This document shows, in pieces, positions 1 to 15,300 of a stretch of DNA of 64,000 bases. Within the stretch, counting starts at the first letter, position 1, and the number at the start of each line of letters is the position of its first letter. The notes beneath the pieces are model-generated. The model saw only the letters and a program-made list of their open reading frames with translations. It had not been told where the DNA came from and did no database searches. A program made the translations under genes and the position numbers. Source of the stretch: Bispira polyomma (lineage: Eukaryota); the NCBI GenBank assembly GCA_965649765.1, contig OZ287751.1, positions 95,666,001 to 95,730,000 on the forward strand. The letters are read 5' to 3'.

Positions 1-3000
1 GCAATTTTAGCGGTTTCATTGATTTACAGGTATCTGTTTCCATGTGAGCAACACCGGATAGGCAACGAGCAATGCAAGGCAATTTATTCGCTCCTGGCGG
101 AGAAAAACAGGAGCAAAAAATTGTTGATTGCCGTTGCCTATTGCAGACATGGAAACGTAGTCTTATTCACACTAAATATTATGTCATAAAAGTGATTGTA
201 TTCACTGTCACATTATACATAGTAAACTACATGAAAGGAATTATCATGCACTTATTAATCTAGAATATATTAATTTTTTATTTGATTTGGGTTTAACGTC
301 GCTTTCAGCACATTGTATAGGTCATATCACGCCAGTCAGTTTGAGTGCTGGAAGAAACCAGAGTGTACTAGCTGGTAAAGATACTACACTGTAAACCAGT
401 GACCATCTGCAAGTAACTGCCAACTTTTCTACTTAGAGCCCCGGCTGAAATGAGAACCTTGACCTTGAACATTAACACTGAGCCACCGATGCCCTGGAAT
501 GAATATATTAGAAAAAACTTACTTTTTCTAATTTATTACCAACAAGAGCTAAATGATCTATTTATATGGATAAAAGACAAATTATACAGCTGTATTTTTA
601 GGTGTCAGAAATACCCTTAAAGGTGTGTAGTCACCTCTTTTATAGTAGATCAGTGTCCAAAAAGCACTTGAAAAGACAACTTGACCTTCCCTTAAAATGT
701 CATATGATCTAGTCAGTTTAACATGTTAGGAGCTTTTTAAATTTTTTAATGAATATTTATTTACATTTCTTTTACACTTAAAAATAATGCACCTTTTTTG
801 AAATTTTGTCATAATTTTAACTGTTGTAAGTTAACTACTTGACCTATCGGGACTAGTATTTGCTTTTATATTTAGGTTGCCAACCTTTTGACCAAGTTAG
901 AGAATGTTGTGTATGGGGCCACGCTTTCTTTTAGGTAGCTGCTTGCTGTTAAGGTGGTTCCCCTTTTGTTGTCATCAACTGTGTTTTACATTTTGTTTTC
1001 AGGGTATTGCCCTTCACGTATATCTTTCGGTGTTTTCTTATAATGTTGTTTTCCCTTCATGCAGGGCATGAGGTATTATTTAACCAGTGTTACAATGTCA
1101 TTAATATGTATAGTATCCAGGTGCGGATCTTGCGAGCGACCTGGTGGTTGCTGTGCGTGCACTTATCAGTATAATGTTGTATTAATTATGGTTAAGTTAA
1201 TGTTAATGATTGCAGTGTAAATGCACAACTTCTAAGTTGTTGCTAGTGTAGTGTATATACAGTGTTTGGTCATGTAGGTTCATGTAGGTTCATGTGATGT
1301 TACTATGTAGACACATATTAAACGCTAAGTATGTAGTTTCAGGGGTATGGCATGCATGGCTCAGCTATGGTGTCCAGGAAGAGACCTCTGACACAGCATG
1401 GACTCTCTCCTGAAAAGAAAAGATCAACTCGATTTCTTACTATTTGTCTGTATGCATGTTTCCCATGGCTATGGTTATTGTACGTGCTAAGGGTGTAAGG
1501 TTCTAATTTTCGCTACTCATGGACTTTATTCGAGCAGCTTTTAGTGTTCTAGTTAGTCACCATAGTCTTAAATTCGATTTTACCCTTTTTTGGGGCTCTA
1601 TTTACATACCTTTTACAATATTAATATATACTTAAATGTTAAACATAAATCTTTTGGGCCACCTTACCACCTTATTTCATCTTAAATCAATTCATTACAT
1701 GTAATAAATATACTTTGGCAACCTCAACTGAAACTAAGGTTACCTCCTAATTCAAATTTTCAATCTACCTTACCTAACCATAAGTTTTAGGCTAAGGTAA
1801 CCTTAAACTCACTTTCTTAAACTCACTTTGAGGTAACCCTAACTTCAAGCTAGGGCTACCTTAAACTAAAAAATTTCCCAACCTTAATCTGAAAATCCTC
1901 AGGCTAAGGTCACCCTAAACTTTTCTCATTTTAATCTCTTGGTGGTAGGGTGGCCCTCTTAACATAGTATGTAAATAAATGTTAGATATAACATAGATGC
2001 ATTAAACTAATATCCCCAACTCTGCCTTTTTACTTACCCGTGTCATATACCATATTAGCTTCTAGGGTAGGGCACTGTTGTGTAAAGTGTACTTGCAAAT
2101 CCTACTTATATTCTAGAATCTCCAAGTCTGTATTCAGTAACAGACTTAGCAATGTCTTGGGCTTAAATCTAGTATACTTTTGTGCTAGATTTAAGCCTGG
2201 GACTTCAGCCTAAGTTGATTGGTGAATACAGGCCCTGCTTAACACGATTGAGGGTGGAATATTTGAAGACAAGTGTCTTAATAAACAGCCTGTGTCCCTT
2301 TCAGGATAATACCTTCCAAAAGATGAAGATGTACTTAGTGTAGCTTCTAAATCCTGTACATAGATGCAACTGTTAAATCGATTCCTGACTGTCCCAATAC
2401 CTAAGTGTAAGCAATAAGATTTGTCAAAACCATTGAAAGTCCAATTACCTCAATAACCTTTTAACTAATGCTTGATCTATCCAGTCAACATCAGCAAATA
2501 TGCCATGAATTTTCACAAAACAGCAGTTTGTAATCTAATCCAGTGAGACTCCTTCTTAAAGCCAGGAAAGCTGCTAGAAGTGACAGATCAAAAGCTTTTA
2601 CATGATGGCAGATATAGGATTTTTTCAAAGGAGGGGTGGTGTGGGTTGTCTAGCCATGGACAAAATGTATGACACTTAGGACACAATGTACCAAGATTGG
2701 TAAAACTACCTGTTTCAGTAGATTAATAAAGCATACGTGGCTCTGATCAGAGTGTGTAAAGATTAGTGCAGCCTGCACACCCCCACCCTTTTTAATGGAT
2801 TTACCCAGGATTATCTGTAATTGATGTTCTATATCCCAGTTTGAAATAATTATTAGTAAATACTCAAGTGATTGAGGAATTCTGGTATCTTTCAAATAGT
2901 TAGGATGGCTATTCAACAAGATTTACCAACAAGATTTTTTACATTTTTTCCAGAGGATTTTCTTTGATATGCGTTAATTGAATTCAACTTGAATAAAGCA

Positions 3001-3095
3001 TTTCCTGGTGCTTTGATTGCTCTCCAGATGCCAAACATCTAGGCTAAGAGATATGGTATATTGAGGGGAAATATGTTGCTTAAAGGTTGTTTTAG

Positions 3096-3408
3096 AGGGT
3101 GCGTATTCACGAACAAGTGAAAAAAAATTTACTTACTTTTCAAAGTAAGTAAATTTTTCCAAAGATTTCCTTAAAAGTGGTATTCAACAACCAGTGAAAA
3201 ACTCTACTTACTTAATTTTTACTTAAAATCAAAGTTAGGAAAGAAATCTAAGTTACCTCATCTGCTTACTTGAAATCTAAGTAGATTTTATCTCTAAAGT
3301 AAGTTTTCTTTTGTGAATACCACTTGGATCTGAGTTAGTAAAATATAGCCACAATACTTGAAATCCAAGTTAGGAATAGGATTTCACTTGTTCGTGAATA
3401 CGACCCCT
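3096..3408. mobile_element. MITE with ~27-bp TIR (cgtattcacgaacaagtgaaa); related ends at ~5859-6205
   Basis: Inverted termini read directly. Confidence 0.75.
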
Positions 3409-6400
3409 GATGCTATGATGGACTAAAATTCTGCATTTGTATGTGAACATGTGCTATATTAGAGTGAGTTCTCAGTCACCGGCGACAGAGCAGGAACTAA
3501 TAAGCAAAACTTGACCAATCTGACATGGCACATTAACATATAAAACCACTCATCTTTCCATTTAGTTTGTGGTTGTAATGATTATACAATAGCCATACAC
3601 ACAGTGTTATAATTTGTGGCCAACCTATAAGCACTTTTTGACATAAACATCATTATTAAAAAATATTTCCGTATTTTTGCCATTGTATAGAACACAGAAA
3701 TGTGCTGTGTCATATTTGTAAAGTACCTGCTCTTTTGCTGGTGGCTACGAAAGCACTGGGACAGAAGACATAGCCCATTGTTATCTTCAATGCACTCATC
3801 TCCAAGCCTGCTTGTCTGGCACAGCAAATATATCTTTATAATTAGTTCATCCGATTGGTGGAATGTATATTATTTGGCATGTGCCAAATTGACAAGTCAC
3901 TAGAAAGATTTGGGGATGAAGTGACCGTTTGATTTGAAAAACTTTGTGCTTTCAAGATAGAGAATCTGCAATGTCATTTAGGCAACCTGGAATAATTTCT
4001 GCATAAAGAGTGACTAGTCTTGCATAATTCGAGCACTAATTCTCAATACACGAGGCCGAGGATCCACATTTCAACAGAAAGAGTACCCCAAGTGTTTTTT
4101 GTACTATTGTGTCCTTACCTAAGTCTATATGTTTTACTCCTTATACTCTTCTAAGAAATACCAGAGGACGTGTTGCTATCTCAACATAGCAAATATTTTT
4201 GCAAATTTGGATGCATTGGAATAAACAGGGGGGGGGGGGGTAAGATTTTGTTTGGATAATAGAAAAAACATTTCTGAAATCAGAAGAGAGAGTTAAAGTG
4301 ACCTCTTAAAATTGAATATTTGGATGCTAGAAGTTTTTTGATAACAGGTTTTACTATCCTATCGTAACTTTTTGAAATTTGGATTACATGTATTTTTCCT
4401 TGTGTTTGGTACCATCCCAATTTTTTTCATAAAATACACTTTAAAAACTTTATGCTCATTTGCCTATATCTTTAATGCACCTTCTTGCATTGAGATTTTT
4501 TTTGTGGACAGGGGCTCTTTTTGTAATGCATGTGGTCTGTTCTTGTATTATTCTTGTATATCATGTAAATTCAAAATATGAAAAAAAAAACCCCCTAAAA
4601 CACACACTTTTGAACTGGAGCTTTCCGGGGTAAAATACACTTCATTACTTTGGGATGAGAAAAGAGCTGCATGAGGACATCTTCTTTAGATAGACATCTG
4701 TAACTGTCCATAGAACAAGAGCATCAGTCTATTAGTGAAGTACATACTCTGTGGCCCACAAGTAAACCAGAAGACAGGGAGGATATGGCCATCACACATG
4801 CACTTTAATGGCAACTCAAGTGGTCATACTGGCATTTAAATATGCACTATTGATCTGTTCCCGAGGCTCTCAAAAGCCAATTCTTTTTTCGAAGTTCAGA
4901 ATTGTAATAATTAGGTTACATTAGCAAATCTCATGAACTGCGTAATATTATCAAATGTGTCAGTATGAATGACGTTATGGATACTTTGACGTGTTGCATA
5001 AAAGTGGCTGAACCCTAAACTAGAAATTGTGCCAACTCTGTAGCGATAGGCCGGAATGGAACAGAGATCCTTTGCATTCCTAAACAACTGTGTGATGTAC
5101 TAGGACACAGTATCAGATATTTCCCACTGTTTTAAATTTTTCCCATCAGAAATGGGATATATTTCAGTGCAGGCCATCCAAAACGGAACAGGTTTCTGCA
5201 GTGAAAAATGTACACATTATTGTGTGTAAACGATACCAACATCCAACCTCCATTCCCCCTACATCCATTCAGCCAATATCAAAAACAGAATCAATCCCAA
5301 GCAAGCTTTACCTGTAATAAACCCATGCATTAAATCTGGGGAAGCTACAGTGTATCTGCAAAAATGTTTTTTTCAAATGAGCAGAACCTGTGTCTTTGAC
5401 ATTGGCGGCCATCTTGTTTTCTGACCACTAAATTTCATGAAGATATTTGCATTCATTTTTCTATAAAGCAGAAGTACAAAGGACCAAAATCAATCCCAAT
5501 TAAGCCATACCCATGATTAACTGAATTGAATTTGGTATAGATATCTGTAATACTTTCCCTTTAAATGAGTGACAACCGCTTTTCGTGTTTTTCGGAACAG
5601 GCCCAATAATAATTCGTTAAAATAAAATGCAGAACTGGTGGGAAGATTTTATTAATAAGCCAAGATCTGTAGAGTATAATCTGTTAACTACAAAGCACAC
5701 TGGTACGGCAAGTACCTACATACAACAACAACATTAACAAACAAAACATTGACCAATTTGTCATTAATACAAAATTCTTTGATTGGACTATGAATCTGCA
5801 AGTTACTGTAATCCTACACATAACAAATCAAAAACACACATAATCAACTGTAAGGAAGGCGGGTATCCCCAAAAGGGATCAAATCGAGATCAGATCAACT
5901 TGACAAAAAGATAAACTTTTTTTGGATCAGCTCAGGTTGGTATTCATTTGATGTGGTTTTTTAAATGAAAATTATAGATTAACTTTTATCCAGCCAACTT
6001 GGTTAATTAAACTTGGATCAGGATGAATCAAATATGGCTGAATAACAGTGAACTCTTGTGTGATGGATTGAACAAATATTTGATATTTTTGGGTTCAAGT
6101 GATCCTTGCTTTGTGAATACCAATTTGATTTTAAGGGATCAATTGAAACTTCTTTCTCAAATTTGATATGATCTTGATTTTATCCTAGTTTGTGAATGCC
6201 GTCCCCACAAGTGTTAAAACCAGAATAAGAAAGGAAATGCAAAAACCAAACACCAATGCAAGAAATACACAATGACGTATATATTGTATAAACGGTATAT
6301 GGCTGAGTTGTCACCAAGGCAAACTCAGTACCAACAAACTCAGCATGTCTAATCAACTTGGCACAGAGTCTACACAACAAACTTGTCATCACTAAGGCAT

Positions 6401-9204
6401 AGTCAACATACTTTATTATCTTGTAGTGAATTTCAATTGAATACTAAAAATATAAACAAAATTTATTCAACTTTTGGGAAACAATTTTTACTTTCATTTC
6501 ATAAGAAAAGATAGAATTAATTTTATTTGTATTTATGCACTTTTTAGGTGCTTTGTTTCAGCTCACCACATAGCTAAATTACATGTAAAATACTAATCTA
6601 AACAATTTCTATGACATATCCCTATTATTCAATGGAATCTTGTTTTTCAATATTTATACTTGTTACGATTTGATAAACTTTGTTCGGTTCCAATTTTTTT
6701 CAAAAGTGGCGACAATTTGATTTGACTGGTGCCAAGTTTACTTTGGTGATGAGAGTTGATCCATATTTGTACCTAATAGGGAGGAAAAAAAATATATAAG
6801 AAATATGAGATTTCTCCAAAATATCTTCACTCTTCGAGTTCCCCTAGCTTAAATAGACTTTTTGGCACAAAACCATAGGAACAGATGCAACAATATATTG
6901 TCCACAAACTTCTTTAATTTGCACAAGGCAAAGCTGCATTGACATATTCCCACTACAAAAAACACACTGTGCGCTTTGCAAATTTAATTGAAACCCCAAA
7001 AAATAACCGCTGTGCAAAATACAAGCTACAATAGTTCAAAATGATGCATTAAAATTTATTGTAAACAAGATTCTTCAATTACCGGGTGAACATTAAATAA
7101 ATGTTTTAAAATGTAACGCGACAAAAAAAATGAGTGCAACCTATTCAAACAATTCTACTCACCGGGTGTTTACTTCCAAACCAAGATGAAATTTGAGACT
7201 GTGTCAGATACAACTTTTATGTGCTACAGTAAGTGAGCGTTTCCATGCAGGCAATTTTATGAGGCGATCAGCCGACGGTCATTCTATCAGTTTCATTGAA
7301 TTATAACTAAGTGTTTCCATGTGAGCAAAGCAGATAGGCAGTGGGCAATGTAAGGGGATTTGTTTTGGTCCTAGTAGTGAAATAAAATTAGCTGGCATCG
7401 CATGTCACCGTGTAAATATTGCCGATTCTTTATTGATAACTCGGCAATTACTGAAGGTCAAAATTTTGTGAGAATATGGTGAAAAAGCTTACCTTATTGG
7501 GTTTATTGTGATATTTGTTGCATTATAATCAGTTAAGAAATGGCTCAAAATTCAACTTTTACATACAATATTATTGTTTTTTTAAATAAAAATAATTATA
7601 GAAACATAAAACTGGTGTACTTGCCGTCGGCTGGTTGACTGAGAAAATTGGCTATATGAAGCCCTCACTAAGGCTTGTAAGTGCGATATATGTTAATTTA
7701 CAACTAAAAAAAAATATGCCCGTCGTGCTGTACAGATATACAAGGTGCTGAAAATGAACAGAGGCAATATTTGAGGAACATAAGAAAAGTGTACAGTTAG
7801 CTTTATTTTAAAAAGTCTTCTCTGTGGTATCACAGACTCAATAATATTTGAACTTTATAGACTATTATTGAATAGAACTAATATAAATTATTTTTAACTA
7901 TCATTACTGTAACAGAAAATAGACTGTGTTTATATAGCCTTATCTAACAGTAACATTGTTTGTACACCCAGGATATATTAACAAGCGTCATTTTGTTATA
8001 TAATTTAGATTTCCAAAAGTAAATGGTCAACAACTCTCTGTAAAAAGAATGACAAATCTCTTATATCAAGGAACTATCTATGTAAACTTATGGCAAAGAA
8101 AGCATATGGAGCTCCATGATTTAATCAAAAGTTTTAAACTTAAAAGTCATGCTTAATATTAAATACCACATGCCATATTCTCGAAAGATCCAAAGCTTAA
8201 ATCAGACTCAAGCTCCCATAAAAGTCCACCTTTTTTTGGCTAGGATAATGTTAAGTCAAATCTGTGTGTATATTTGAATTCCGCACTGTAAACTACATTA
8301 AAATGAATGGTTACAACTACAGGTTATCTTCATATGGAAGGACTTCCACACACAGCTTTCAATTGAGTTGAGTCTGAGCTGGAGTTTCTTTCAAGAATAC
8401 AGGGCTGACATAAAGAGATTTCCCTCGTAATCAGAATAGCTTAGGACATTTGCCATTTATTTTCATGGTTGCTTTTTCTTGTAGTGAGTCAGATCTCAGA
8501 TATCATTCCTGACAGAAGGCCAGATTTTGAGATTAAAGTAAGTTTAAGTTCCAAACCCTTGATAGATATGGGCCCCTGATATCTAATCACTTAAGGACTT
8601 GTACACCCGTTGTGATTTTTCTTTCTGACAAGAACTTCTAGGCTAGAAGTCTAAAGAAGATGTTGTAAACAATATGATATGTACATATTAAAAATAGATT
8701 ACTGCTGGCTTCACTTACAGTTAAACCCCTTTTAAGTTGAACCTCAATGGACCAGGAAAAATACTTTCCAATTAAACAGGATTTCAATTTAACAGGGTAG
8801 ATTTTAAAATAAAAGGCCATTGTCTGGACATAACAGGAAAATTGAGTTAATAGAGGTCTACTTAAAGGGGTCAGACGGTAGTTATCTTTGAAGTCAACTG
8901 CATAGTAAGAATAAGTGTAAAATAATTTAAACTCTATTTATTATTTCCATTTATGAAAAGAAAGTGCAAAGATTGGAAGTGATCCGATTTGTTCACAGCT
9001 TTAACCTGTCAAATGCCTCAACACAATCCACAAAGGAAAGTGAAATTTATTATACTTTTTTTTTAAATTTCTAAAGGCGAGGCACTATAAGGAATAGGGT
9101 CCATAGGCCAAGGCCGTAAGTATCCAGTACTGGTATGAGCGAACGTTATACTTTGGTTCAAGCACTTCTTTCAAAACTTCTTTTAAGATCATTGTCTGTG
9201 GAAC

Positions 9205-9210
9205 TTTATT
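9205..9210 (-). promoter_or_regulatory. Candidate proximal polyadenylation signal AATAAA (a more distal candidate lies at 5648-5653)
   Basis: First AATAAA seen downstream of the stop; the hexamer is common in AT-rich DNA. Confidence 0.3.
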
Positions 9211-9336
9211 TTTAAGTGGATCTCTGGGTTTGAATTTTAGAACTTTATAGAACATTATTGCAGATGGTACATAGTGATATTTGAGTCTCCCCTCTTTAAT
9301 TGTAGACACTGGCAGATGCTGGCTGTTAGGCATCTA

Positions 9337-9392
9337 CTAATACTCCACTGTCACTGCTTTAGTCTTCAGGTATTCATTCAAGGCTTCTTTAC
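9337..9392 (-). CDS. ALDH1L1: ALDH1L terminal coding exon, 56 nt ([18 protein letters not shown])
   Basis: ttgacag acceptor, phase matches the 32432 donor, canonical ALDH1L C-terminus, TAG stop followed by a second TAG. Confidence 0.93.
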
Positions 9393-12300
9393 CTGTCAAA
9401 TACAGCCAACAGAAGGTTCATTAGCTCATTCGTAATTCCTAAATATTGACACAAACATGTCCTTGCAGTTGATAGCCAGCAACATTAATGAAGTAAATAA
9501 GCTTGGTCATGTGACCTGATTGGTGGGCGGACAGACTAGTGTACTCATTGACATGGTTAAGGTAGTGCTATACCTTAATAAAAATTGAATCTCCGTTGGC
9601 TCCAACATATAGCAATTGTTAAGAAATGGTAATGGTATTTCGCTATAAAATTGTCCATATCAACACATCATGTATGATGCATTTTCCAAGGAGCCACTAG
9701 TTGAGACCAAAGATGGAGATTCAAGTACAGTAGGTGATGATTAAAGTTTGGTTGCATTTCAAACATTTGGTTGTAGTGTAACATCACCTTACGTATCTAA
9801 ATACTCGTGCTAAATGATGAATTTCAACATGCAAGTTACTTTTCTATTGTTAATCCTCAATACTTTATTTTATGGCATAGTCACCCAGTACCTAAGTCAT
9901 GTTAGTGTTTTGGGGATGACGATTTACCAATGTCCACAGAGGATAAATATTCAAATCGTGCACCTACATTATTTTCAACAACAACATGAACACCAATCAG
10001 CGAGGAAAGAGTTAAAAAAATATTGCATTGGTTGGTAAAAACCAAACAAGTCCCCAAAAAAAATTCATTTAGTTATTTGGGCATTTACCGGTAATTTTTG
10101 TGTCACTTTCAACATCTTTTTGGTCATACTGTGACAGCCAGACTTCTTAGTGGAATAAACCACTACTACAGTAGACTGTATTTACTATATAACTGGAGCC
10201 TCCAATATCCATAGGATTTGGTTCTAGTTATAGCTAGCTTTCAACTTCAACTACAAAAATACAGCATTTTCTGATGTTGGGACCATAAAACTGGGACCTC
10301 CACTTATACCTAAATTCGACATACATTCAGGTTATACTCATACAGAGGCTATCTTATTTGTACTTGGGGAAACCACCAACCAAACAGCGAGTACCTGGCA
10401 AACTTTCCTACATGAAAGAAAGCAGTGGGCTCTGATCTTACTGTCCTCTGAAAGGTGAGAAGCTGGTGATATTAGAGCAGACACTGATAAACCCCAGGGC
10501 CAGTGAAGCCCTGCCATCCCCAGAAAGAGCAAGCTGTGTCATATTTCAACGGCTTGTCCACATGCTACCTGATCAAACTGATAGAGTAAGGAATATAAAA
10601 TTCGCCAATGTATCTAAAATTCGCCACATGGAAAATGTTATGTTTTTGGCATAATATTCGTAGGTAATGTTCACTGAAATTGAGATTTTTGTGACTATTT
10701 TGCCTCACTTACCTAAATTCTAGTTATTTTTCGCAGTTTTTTATCGATTAGGCTTAACTTTTATAGGGTGGCGAATTTCAGATACAGTGGCAAATTTCAG
10801 ATTCCGACACTCTACATAGTCTGGAAACACATCAACGTGGGCAAACGTTTTGAGAATTGAAACTAATGGTTTAATCATGTGTATCAGACAGAACTAAATC
10901 ACGCCATTGCTGTTAGCCTGAGTTGGGAGAGATAAATGTCAGTGAGCCCAGTATTAACACAAGAAACCCATTTATGCTGCTAACACTGCTGTAACACTGT
11001 TAGCAATCTAGAGGGGGTATTCTAAATATGGAAGTTCATGCCTGGAATGTTTATTTTTAAACTGCCATACACCATAAACTGCTTCCCACACAAAACACTG
11101 ACTTCAAGCTGCATTTAGCAATTCCCTTGGTGTGTAACGTTTACTTTACCGTCTTCTCTGAAATGTGACACTTTTGAAAGAGATGACTAAAAACCTTTTC
11201 AAAAAGACTTCCAAGGTTTGAGGATTAAAAATAGTCTTAAATAGCATTAATTTCAAACAGACAATAAACTATGCAAAATTGGCTTTTAGGTAACGACACT
11301 CCAAATAACCTCTGTTATCCATACAGCTTGAAAGATATATTGGTAATTGTTGGCAGCAAAAATGAAACAATCAAAAATAAAGGAATAAATAAATCTAAGC
11401 TAACATTAACAAATATTTGCCATATAGAAATCTCTTTACAGCCACTGGAGTGACCTACTTAAGCAGACTTCAAAAACAGCTGCCTTACTTTTGAAAGGAA
11501 TGTCTTTTCTACCCCTTAATGAATACCATATTTTCTCCAATAAAATCTCATTTCCTTATACTACCTTAAAGCAAGGCTCAGGGTAAGGAATTTCTTAAAT
11601 ATTAATAGGTTTTCTTCATTATTTTAATAAGAATATGATTCAGGAATTTAACTATTTAAACTGTTACACCTTAACATCTTTTAAGCGCCTAAAAGTGTAA
11701 TTTCTAAATTGTTTTAGATAATTCAGCAGAGGAGACAATGTTTACCAAAAACCATTGTAGACACAGAACTGATGAGGTCTCGAATCTTTTATCGATATTA
11801 CCTATTTATTTAAATTTTTATCGCTTTCTCTATACTTCCTGTGTATGTATCCTATATACAATGAAAACTCAACTTGTTAACTGTGTGACAAGGTGTTTAT
11901 TATTAGCAGGTTACTGGACATTTTTCACCAGTTTCAAACCAATAGTAGAAAAAAATGTTCACTTTCCGGAGGTGTTCACTATCCAAGGTTTTACTGTTGA
12001 TGTCAGTTAGACCTTAGGTGCGCCTCACACACCAGAAGACAACCACTTACAGACAGACTTAGAGAGGTCTGTCTTAACAAGGATCTGATGGACTCCTCAC
12101 AGAAGAAGCTTTTAGCGCAGCGGCTGTATTCTCTAAAATTCTCAAGCTCAAATCTTATGCCCCGTTCACATCTTGGCAATATGGTATAGGTCTGGTAATT
12201 GTTTTTACGCATGTTAGATCAACTTTTCCATCTGGGGGAAATGCAACATCTGTAACTTGTTACTGGCATGGAATAGTTACAGTATTGATACAGAAATAGT

Positions 12301-15300
12301 CGGAAGAAGGCGGAAACAGTAAAAAACAGACGATTACTGGGATGGAAGAGCAACAGTAATGCTACAAGAATACTCGGGCAATATTCGGAAATGGGCGGAA
12401 GGATGTCTATGCCTTCTTCTACCTTGGTGAGGTGGAAGTTTTCATACTACCAAAACTTCCACCTGGCACACCTTATAGTTTATGTTTCGGGAAGGAAGCT
12501 GAAGTTAAGGGACATTATATATGGGGTGCCCTGTGCTACAAAACGTCTCTAACTGCCTCTCTATATCCTCTTCATATTGGCACAGTGTGAACCCCACATA
12601 AGCTAAACATATCTCTAACTTGAATGGACTTAAGTAAAATTTTATTACACATTTGAATTCAGTGCTAAAAGTTTTGTTTCGGGAAGGATGCTGAAGTTAA
12701 GGGACATTATATATGGGGTGCCCCATGCTACAAAACGTCTCTAACCGCCTCTCTATATCCTCTCCATATTTGCACAGTGTGAACCCCACATAAGCTAAAC
12801 ATATCTCTAACTTGAATGGACTTAAGTAAAATTTTATTACATATTTGAATTCAGTGCTAAAAGTTTTATTAAAATACATGGTTAATGGTATAAGTTATTT
12901 CAATAAATAGTAAATACAAGGACTTCTGTACAGCCTTCAACAGAGTGGAGTTACAGAGTTTCTTTTGGGAATACGAGCACGTATTGTCCTTGAAGCCCAA
13001 AGAACAGGAACACAGAGAGACCACTCAGACTAATATATAGGATCATACATTAAGTAGGTTATTGGGGTAATGCAAGGCCTAATGTCACCAACTCATGGCT
13101 TCTATTTCCCTTGCACATCAGCGGGGGAGGGGGGGAGTAATAGCATTATGTGTTTTTACTTAGCAAACATTAGCTAGCATAAAGAAAAGAGAAAAGAGGC
13201 TGGGATGTCAAGACAGAAGGCTCGTTGATAATGGAGCATCTTTCTAAAGCTCTCTAATATATTTCACATGTATAGTAAGACCTGAACCAGTGACTTCCTA
13301 TTTTCAGCCACTTTCGGGTAGTATTGTATAGCAACATACTTTAATACCTCCCCAGAATATTGACATAATACTGAACCTGTAATAAAAATGTCTATTGTAT
13401 ATAGAAGATGAAAATTTGTGTGAAAATACAGACCACTCTGAGATATTTAGACTGTAGCATTTTATAAGAAATTTTTAACACACTTTATTGATGCTAGGCA
13501 TCTTCTAAAGTGCAACAGCAGAATCAGTGATCCAATCGTAAAGTCCATGGGCATAGCACAGCTATTAAAATTTAAAAAGCTAGAAAATTTCCAGCTAATA
13601 TTGGAGAGAACAATTCTTTTTGTAGTGGACCTATACAGACACGACCCGTACCACAAAATCGGGAAGGTCGAGGACTAAATCAGCATAGTGGAACACCCAT
13701 TTAAAATGTAAACAGATTTACAATTACCATGACAAAAATGTAAATAATGACAAAAAAAAAAACCCGTACTTTTGTTTAAAAAAGTTTTAAGGATAAAATG
13801 GCTGATTTGCACAGAATGCCACTTCAGCAGGCCTTGCAGGTCTGTCTGTTTTTTGGAAGTTTTTTTTTTTATCTGATACAAAACTCATCAGCTCAACAGT
13901 TTTTTTTTTTTGTTTTTTTACATTTACAATACTTTTCCATTAAACAAATCAACTTATAGAAAGAATCCAATTTCAGGGTTTTTCACTCATTCCATTTTTA
14001 TTAACTTGTTATTTACAGTATTCTAAGACGGTGTGGACTACTAATTCTGGGCGGGAATTTGACAAACACTTTCAAGATGGCTGTTAAAAAGCAGAACAAC
14101 AAGAGTTGTCTTTTAGAAAAGACACAGGCACACAGTGTGACATACACAACGTTGATAAGGCCACTATATACTTCAGACAAATCTGACACCCCTCACATTG
14201 GATGGGTCGATTGCTTTAAACCAATCCATGAAGGCCTTATATATTATTTTGAAAATGGCGGCACCCTTTTCAATGCCGGCCCTTTTCAGAATAAAAACAA
14301 CATCAGGCTATGCCTAATTAAAAAAATACTCAGGATGAGCCCCTTATTTTGTCTTTTTGGCAATGGCTCAGAGGGACATACAATTTAGAAGTACTCCCCA
14401 AAATATCTTCGAATTTCTATAGGTCATCATAATTTGCTTCTGTAAGATAGTAGGGTTAACTAAATATAAATTAGTATATGTCCACTCAGAAAATTCTGTC
14501 TTTTAAGTATGGCCAGTATGTTTTGGAACTAATACCTGATTGAAATAATGTATCAAAAACAACTTTGTAGAATTTGTCCCCAATACTGGCAGATGTATAT
14601 CCACATATACCTCTTTCGTAACATAGGAATAATGTACTTTTGTGATCTAAAAATATCTAGCTTACAAGATTATTTATGTTTTATAAATAGGGAGTCTCTA
14701 TTATCTGAGCACGTTGGGCAAAAAGTTTGACCACACAAGAGGAGGTTTGTCAAATAGGGCATTTAATTTAATAAAACACGGATGACTGGAACTGAGTTAA
14801 CTAAATTAAGTTTTCATTATAATTTAAGTTCTACAAGTGTACTGTAATTGTCTTAGAGATGTCTGTTAGTTTTACCGTGTTTACAAAAGTGGTCTAGCCG
14901 AGACAATATACAGTAGAGCTTCTACTATATAAACGTGTTGGGAGAATGAGATTTTGTTTGGATTATAGAAGGTTCACAAGATAAAAAGGAGGCATTTCTG
15001 TATGAAAGAATAGAAAAGCTAAAATTTGGGAAGAGTGGAAATGAGTTAATTAAATTATATGTTTGGATAATAGAAGTTTAGATAATAGAGGTTCTACTGT
15101 ATTGTATTGTATGTCCTTCTGTTATTTATACATTGATATCGCCTGTACCTACAAGTATCAATTTAACCAGGCTGGTTTCAAACAGTAGGGCAAGAAAGCC
15201 AGGAATATTGTAAAACATGGTCACCAGGCGCATTGTTTTTTCTTTCTTTTTGTGCTACACCCCCTTCCCTCCTGCTCCTCCCTTTGTCACATTCAATACA

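Noticed and set aside
870-1990. Possible element with ggttgccaa/ttggcaacc inverted motifs and degenerate ggtaaccttaaact repeats
   Set aside because: Boundaries, TSD and a second copy could not be established.
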